Part shown: positions 61,108 to 64,000 of the stretch, piece after piece
How the letters are laid out: each line of letters opens with the position of its first letter
Position numbering within the stretch: the first letter of the stretch is position 1
Assembly: GCA_965207545.1 (NCBI GenBank)
Contig: CBDBMS010000003.1
Span: forward strand, 1,064,510-1,128,509
Direction of reading: 5' to 3'
From: Gammaproteobacteria bacterium
Lineage (GTDB): Bacteria; Pseudomonadota; Gammaproteobacteria; Tethybacterales; CBDBMS01
Length of the DNA stretch: 64,000 bases
Translations under genes and position numbers: made by a program
The notes under the pieces: generated by a model
Seen by the model: only the letters and a program-made list of their open reading frames with translations
Told to the model about the DNA's origin: nothing
Databases searched by the model: none

Positions 61108-61676
61108 CCAACCACCTCCAACTCCACGGTCTTCCAGACTGATGCCGGAACGACCATATTTATCTCCACGCCATACTCTCTAATCATGGAACCCCATGCT
61201 GTATGACTTCCAAAATCCCGATCCAAGCGCGCAGAAACCACCGCATACCATCTGGTGGCCTGATAGATGTCGGCATTGTTGCCCACGCCATTGAGATAAA
61301 GGTGAACCAAGTCGAGTTGGGAACACCAGTCTCCTTCCTTGGCGCGCATCTTCGTGTGTCGGAAATTTTCCCTCTGTACAGTCTCGATGTAGCTAATCGT
61401 GGGGAAATACATCATATGCCTTGCGTTTTGAGTGGCCACGTACTTGATTCCGCTTCCTGCCTCATTCAGAAAATAGAACAATGGAATCCATCTCGGGTAA
61501 GAGGCATCCTCGCTAGCGACAACCATCATATGACGTGTCTGATTGTAATCATGCACGTTGACGAGAATAGCAACCGAACCTATCGCTGAAAGCCAGATGG
61601 CCATGATCGAAAAAACGATGCCGATGATTCGTGATTTCATGGAGGATGGGGATGTTGCTATATTTCCGTTACACAA
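61044..61676 (-). CDS. Hypothetical membrane-anchored protein with a Sel1-like repeat; lower-GC gene.
   Basis: TM helix IIGIVFSIMAIWLSAIGSVAIL. The region LDLVHLYLNGVGNNADIYQATRWYAVVSA fits the Sel1 pattern (L..Y..G.GV..D...A..WY). The 3' end overlaps algC by 64 nt. Start ambiguous (61640 or 61676). Confidence 0.5.
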   Translation of the reverse strand: MCNGNIATSPSSMKSRIIGIVFSIMAIWLSAIGSVAILVNVHDYNQTRHMMVVASEDASYPRWIPLFYFLNEAGSGIKYVATQNARHMMYFPTISYIETVQRENFRHTKMRAKEGDWCSQLDLVHLYLNGVGNNADIYQATRWYAVVSARLDRDFGSHTAWGSMIREYGVEINMVVPASVWKTVELEVVGYPVIKRDCDGNEISGNPRRT

Positions 61677-61758
61677 TCTAAATTATACTTCCAACAGCCA
61701 TGTCAATCATATGCAGCATCATGATGCCCACTGCAAGGTCAAGTGTGGCTCCTAGGCA

Positions 61759-64000
61759 ATGACGAAAGCCTCCAAGCAGAAAAAAACAAGAGCGATCCTG
61801 CTAGGTCTCTACTATGCCGGATGCCTTCTGGCTGTGGCCGTCTCCATGTTCGTGCTCTTGGCTTCCTACGCAACGGATCTTTGGATCGAGAGAAACAAGA
61901 AGGAAATCGAAGCCAAGGTGTCGGAACTGTTCAGTGACACACAGGCGGTGCAGACATCAATCGAAAGCATCAGCTTTGCAACGAACATACTCAAAACCCA
62001 TCTCCATCTCAAGAACATCATGGTATTCAGCAAGAACCAGGATGCCGAGATGCTCTCCATATCGGATGCTTATGTTGAACTTTCGTTCGAAATGTTTTCA
62101 GACACACGCCAACTGCCACTTAAGGTTATTGTGGTCAAGCCCCGCCTCTTAATAAAGCGGCTGAAGGACGGATCCCTACAGGTCGCCGGGATCAACCTCG
62201 CCCCTGGAATTGACAACAGTCATCCGAAACCTATTCTTCCAGGAAGAGTCACGCTTGAAGATGCGGAAGTGGCATTCGTTGACGAGACAGGTCAGTACCC
62301 CAGCCTTGATCTGCAAAACATTGACCTGGATCTTCAGTTCGATCAGCAAAGGCTGCTCGCCGCCCTAAGCGCTGAGACCGAAAACACTAGTGGCGGAAAG
62401 CTCCTGCTCGAAATCGACACGCAGACGCTTCTTAACTCCGGAGATGAGGGAGGAGAGTTCCACTTTGAACTTCATGCCCCATCAATCAGCCATGGCTTCT
62501 TTTCGTTCAGCAGCGAATCACTGAAGGCTTTCGGCGTGGGAACAGTCAGAAACGGAAGCATAGAGTTGAAACTGGACGGTCTGATGGAGCAAGGACATCT
62601 AAGTCTACCGGGGATGAACTATGAAAGTTCCAGAGGAATCCTTGAGGGAACGTTGCAAGCATCATTCGAAAAGGATACGTATGCCGTCAATGTTGACAGT
62701 TCCTTGTTACGCATCGAACTCAAGGACGCTGTGGCCAACATGCAAGGTGCCATGCGCCATCCCGTACCCATGTCGTCATTGAAGGCCTCCGTCGTTTTAA
62801 GCGGATCGTTCGAACACTGGTCGGCCGATATTCCAGTTGCAGTCGCCAGCAATCCTGACGTGAAAGTTGCCGTCACAGCCTCCTTTAGGGGATATGGAGA
62901 CGAAATCTCGCATATGGATATGATAGCCCGGTCATTCGGAACGCTCAGCCATGACAAGGTGCATAAATACTTGCCTGCACTGGCTGACGACGAGGTGGCC
63001 GCCTGGCTGGAGCTTGCACTTGTCGGTGGCCAGATTTACCCGCTTACGGCCACTGTCAGAGGCTATCCAGGTGATGCACCCTTTGCGAACGGGGAGACTG
63101 GCGCATTCCGGCTGGCAATCCCATTTAAGGAAGCGGATTTCAACTACTGGCCCGACTGGCCTTCAATATCGAAGGCTAGCGGTGTTCTTACGTTCGAGGG
63201 CAAGACCATGGCTCTGGACTTGGAAAGCGCATTCCTCCATGGAATCGACATTGGCGGATCAAGCGCACAAATTCCCGATCTGCTGGTGTTTGATGAGCAA
63301 CTCCATGTCGACCTGCAGGGGCAAGCTGCAGGCAACGATCTGCTTGCTGTGATCGCCGCCATCCCGCCACTTGCCGAAAAAAGGATCGCCGACCAGTTGA
63401 CCTTGGGAGGCGAAACCCTAGCCTCCGTTAAGATCATTCTTCCCATTCGCCACAATGAGGATTTATCGGTAGACGGCGATATCCGGTTGAACGACAGTCT
63501 GATCGGGCTGTCAAACCAAAGTTTTGTAGGTGAGTTGCCGTTTGAGATGTCCAATGTCAACGCGTACCTGAAATTCAACGAATCCAAGGCAACCGTATCC
63601 GCACAGGGAACACTTGTAGGAAAATCGGCCTCGCTATCCGCCACTCTAGGCATTGATTCATGGGAATCTTTCTTGGAGATCAGCGACGTCAGCGCCAAGG
63701 ACTGGCTAAGGAAAGCTGATCTGGAAACCTTTGCAGAAGGTGTTCAAGGAAACGCGACAGTCAGGGTCGAAAAATCGTCGGGAGGTCCCACGATCTTATC
63801 CAGTAAACTGGTGGGAGTGGGCATCGACCTACCAACGCCGCTTGGAAAAGTCCAGAACGAAAAGGCGCCGCTAACCGTCATCCTGCATCAAGACGGCTCT
63901 ATCGGAGCCAACTACCGAGACGGCTTGCTTAAGGTGAGGATGTCGGATTCACAGACTCTGATCGGCCTTAACCAAAATCCACCCGGAGAAGGGTTCGCAG
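61759..64000 (+). CDS. AsmA-like/YhdP-family large membrane-anchored protein (DUF3971/TIGR02099-like), N-terminal ~747 aa. It continues beyond the window.
   Basis: The ATG at 61759 gives MTKASKQKKTRAILLGLYYAGCLLAVAVSMFVLLASY (N-terminal TM anchor). A continuous stop-free frame runs to 64000. It is absent from the ORF track because there is no stop in the window. Repetitive beta-rich segments resemble YhdP (similarity-by-eye from memory). Confidence 0.65.
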   Translation, partial: MTKASKQKKTRAILLGLYYAGCLLAVAVSMFVLLASYATDLWIERNKKEIEAKVSELFSDTQAVQTSIESISFATNILKTHLHLKNIMVFSKNQDAEMLSISDAYVELSFEMFSDTRQLPLKVIVVKPRLLIKRLKDGSLQVAGINLAPGIDNSHPKPILPGRVTLEDAEVAFVDETGQYPSLDLQNIDLDLQFDQQRLLAALSAETENTSGGKLLLEIDTQTLLNSGDEGGEFHFELHAPSISHGFFSFSSESLKAFGVGTVRNGSIELKLDGLMEQGHLSLPGMNYESSRGILEGTLQASFEKDTYAVNVDSSLLRIELKDAVANMQGAMRHPVPMSSLKASVVLSGSFEHWSADIPVAVASNPDVKVAVTASFRGYGDEISHMDMIARSFGTLSHDKVHKYLPALADDEVAAWLELALVGGQIYPLTATVRGYPGDAPFANGETGAFRLAIPFKEADFNYWPDWPSISKASGVLTFEGKTMALDLESAFLHGIDIGGSSAQIPDLLVFDEQLHVDLQGQAAGNDLLAVIAAIPPLAEKRIADQLTLGGETLASVKIILPIRHNEDLSVDGDIRLNDSLIGLSNQSFVGELPFEMSNVNAYLKFNESKATVSAQGTLVGKSASLSATLGIDSWESFLEISDVSAKDWLRKADLETFAEGVQGNATVRVEKSSGGPTILSSKLVGVGIDLPTPLGKVQNEKAPLTVILHQDGSIGANYRDGLLKVRMSDSQTLIGLNQNPPGEGFA

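Overview
This window is a gene-dense proteobacterial (beta/gamma-like) chromosomal segment of about 55% GC, with a few lower-GC patches, encoding about 75 protein genes on both strands. No rRNA, tRNA, CRISPR array or intact IS element was seen. The content is mostly core housekeeping: partial trpD; a vsr-eamA-ada repair cluster; argD; cytochrome c4; the hemW/rdgB/rlmH/rsfS/nadD/lapB/ihfB/rpsA/cmk block; the rpmH-rnpA-yidC-mnmE module; rpoH; ruvB followed by a complete ybgC-tolQRAB-pal-cpoB cluster; rsmD-coaD; the lysA/lptM//cyaY junction; slt; pyrG-kdsA; ccmE-ccmG; and a frmA plus soxBDAG (heterotetrameric sarcosine oxidase) catabolic block with a TRAP-type binding protein. The window ends inside a large AsmA/YhdP-family gene.
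Most noteworthy:
(1) An orphan gene fuses an IS3-OrfA-type HTH to a histone H1-like basic tail, next to the vsr-eamA-ada cluster, which has no dcm.
(2) A lower-GC tandem duplication carries two phasin-like genes. Each has a near-identical promoter and operator-like element (TATAATATTTnTnTTGCAnTGCACAAT), a conserved CU-rich 3'UTR and near-identical terminators. The first paralogue carries a PhaM/PhaF-like lysine-rich tail.
(3) A 68-aa acidic ORF is translationally coupled to cmk.
(4) ccmE-ccmG lie detached from the rest of System I.
(5) An orphan TRAP-type binding protein sits next to a decayed dctQ-like remnant.
(6) A lower-GC Sel1-like membrane-anchored hypothetical gene lies between algC and yhdP.
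Many long antisense ORFs in the track are GC-driven artefacts and were rejected.
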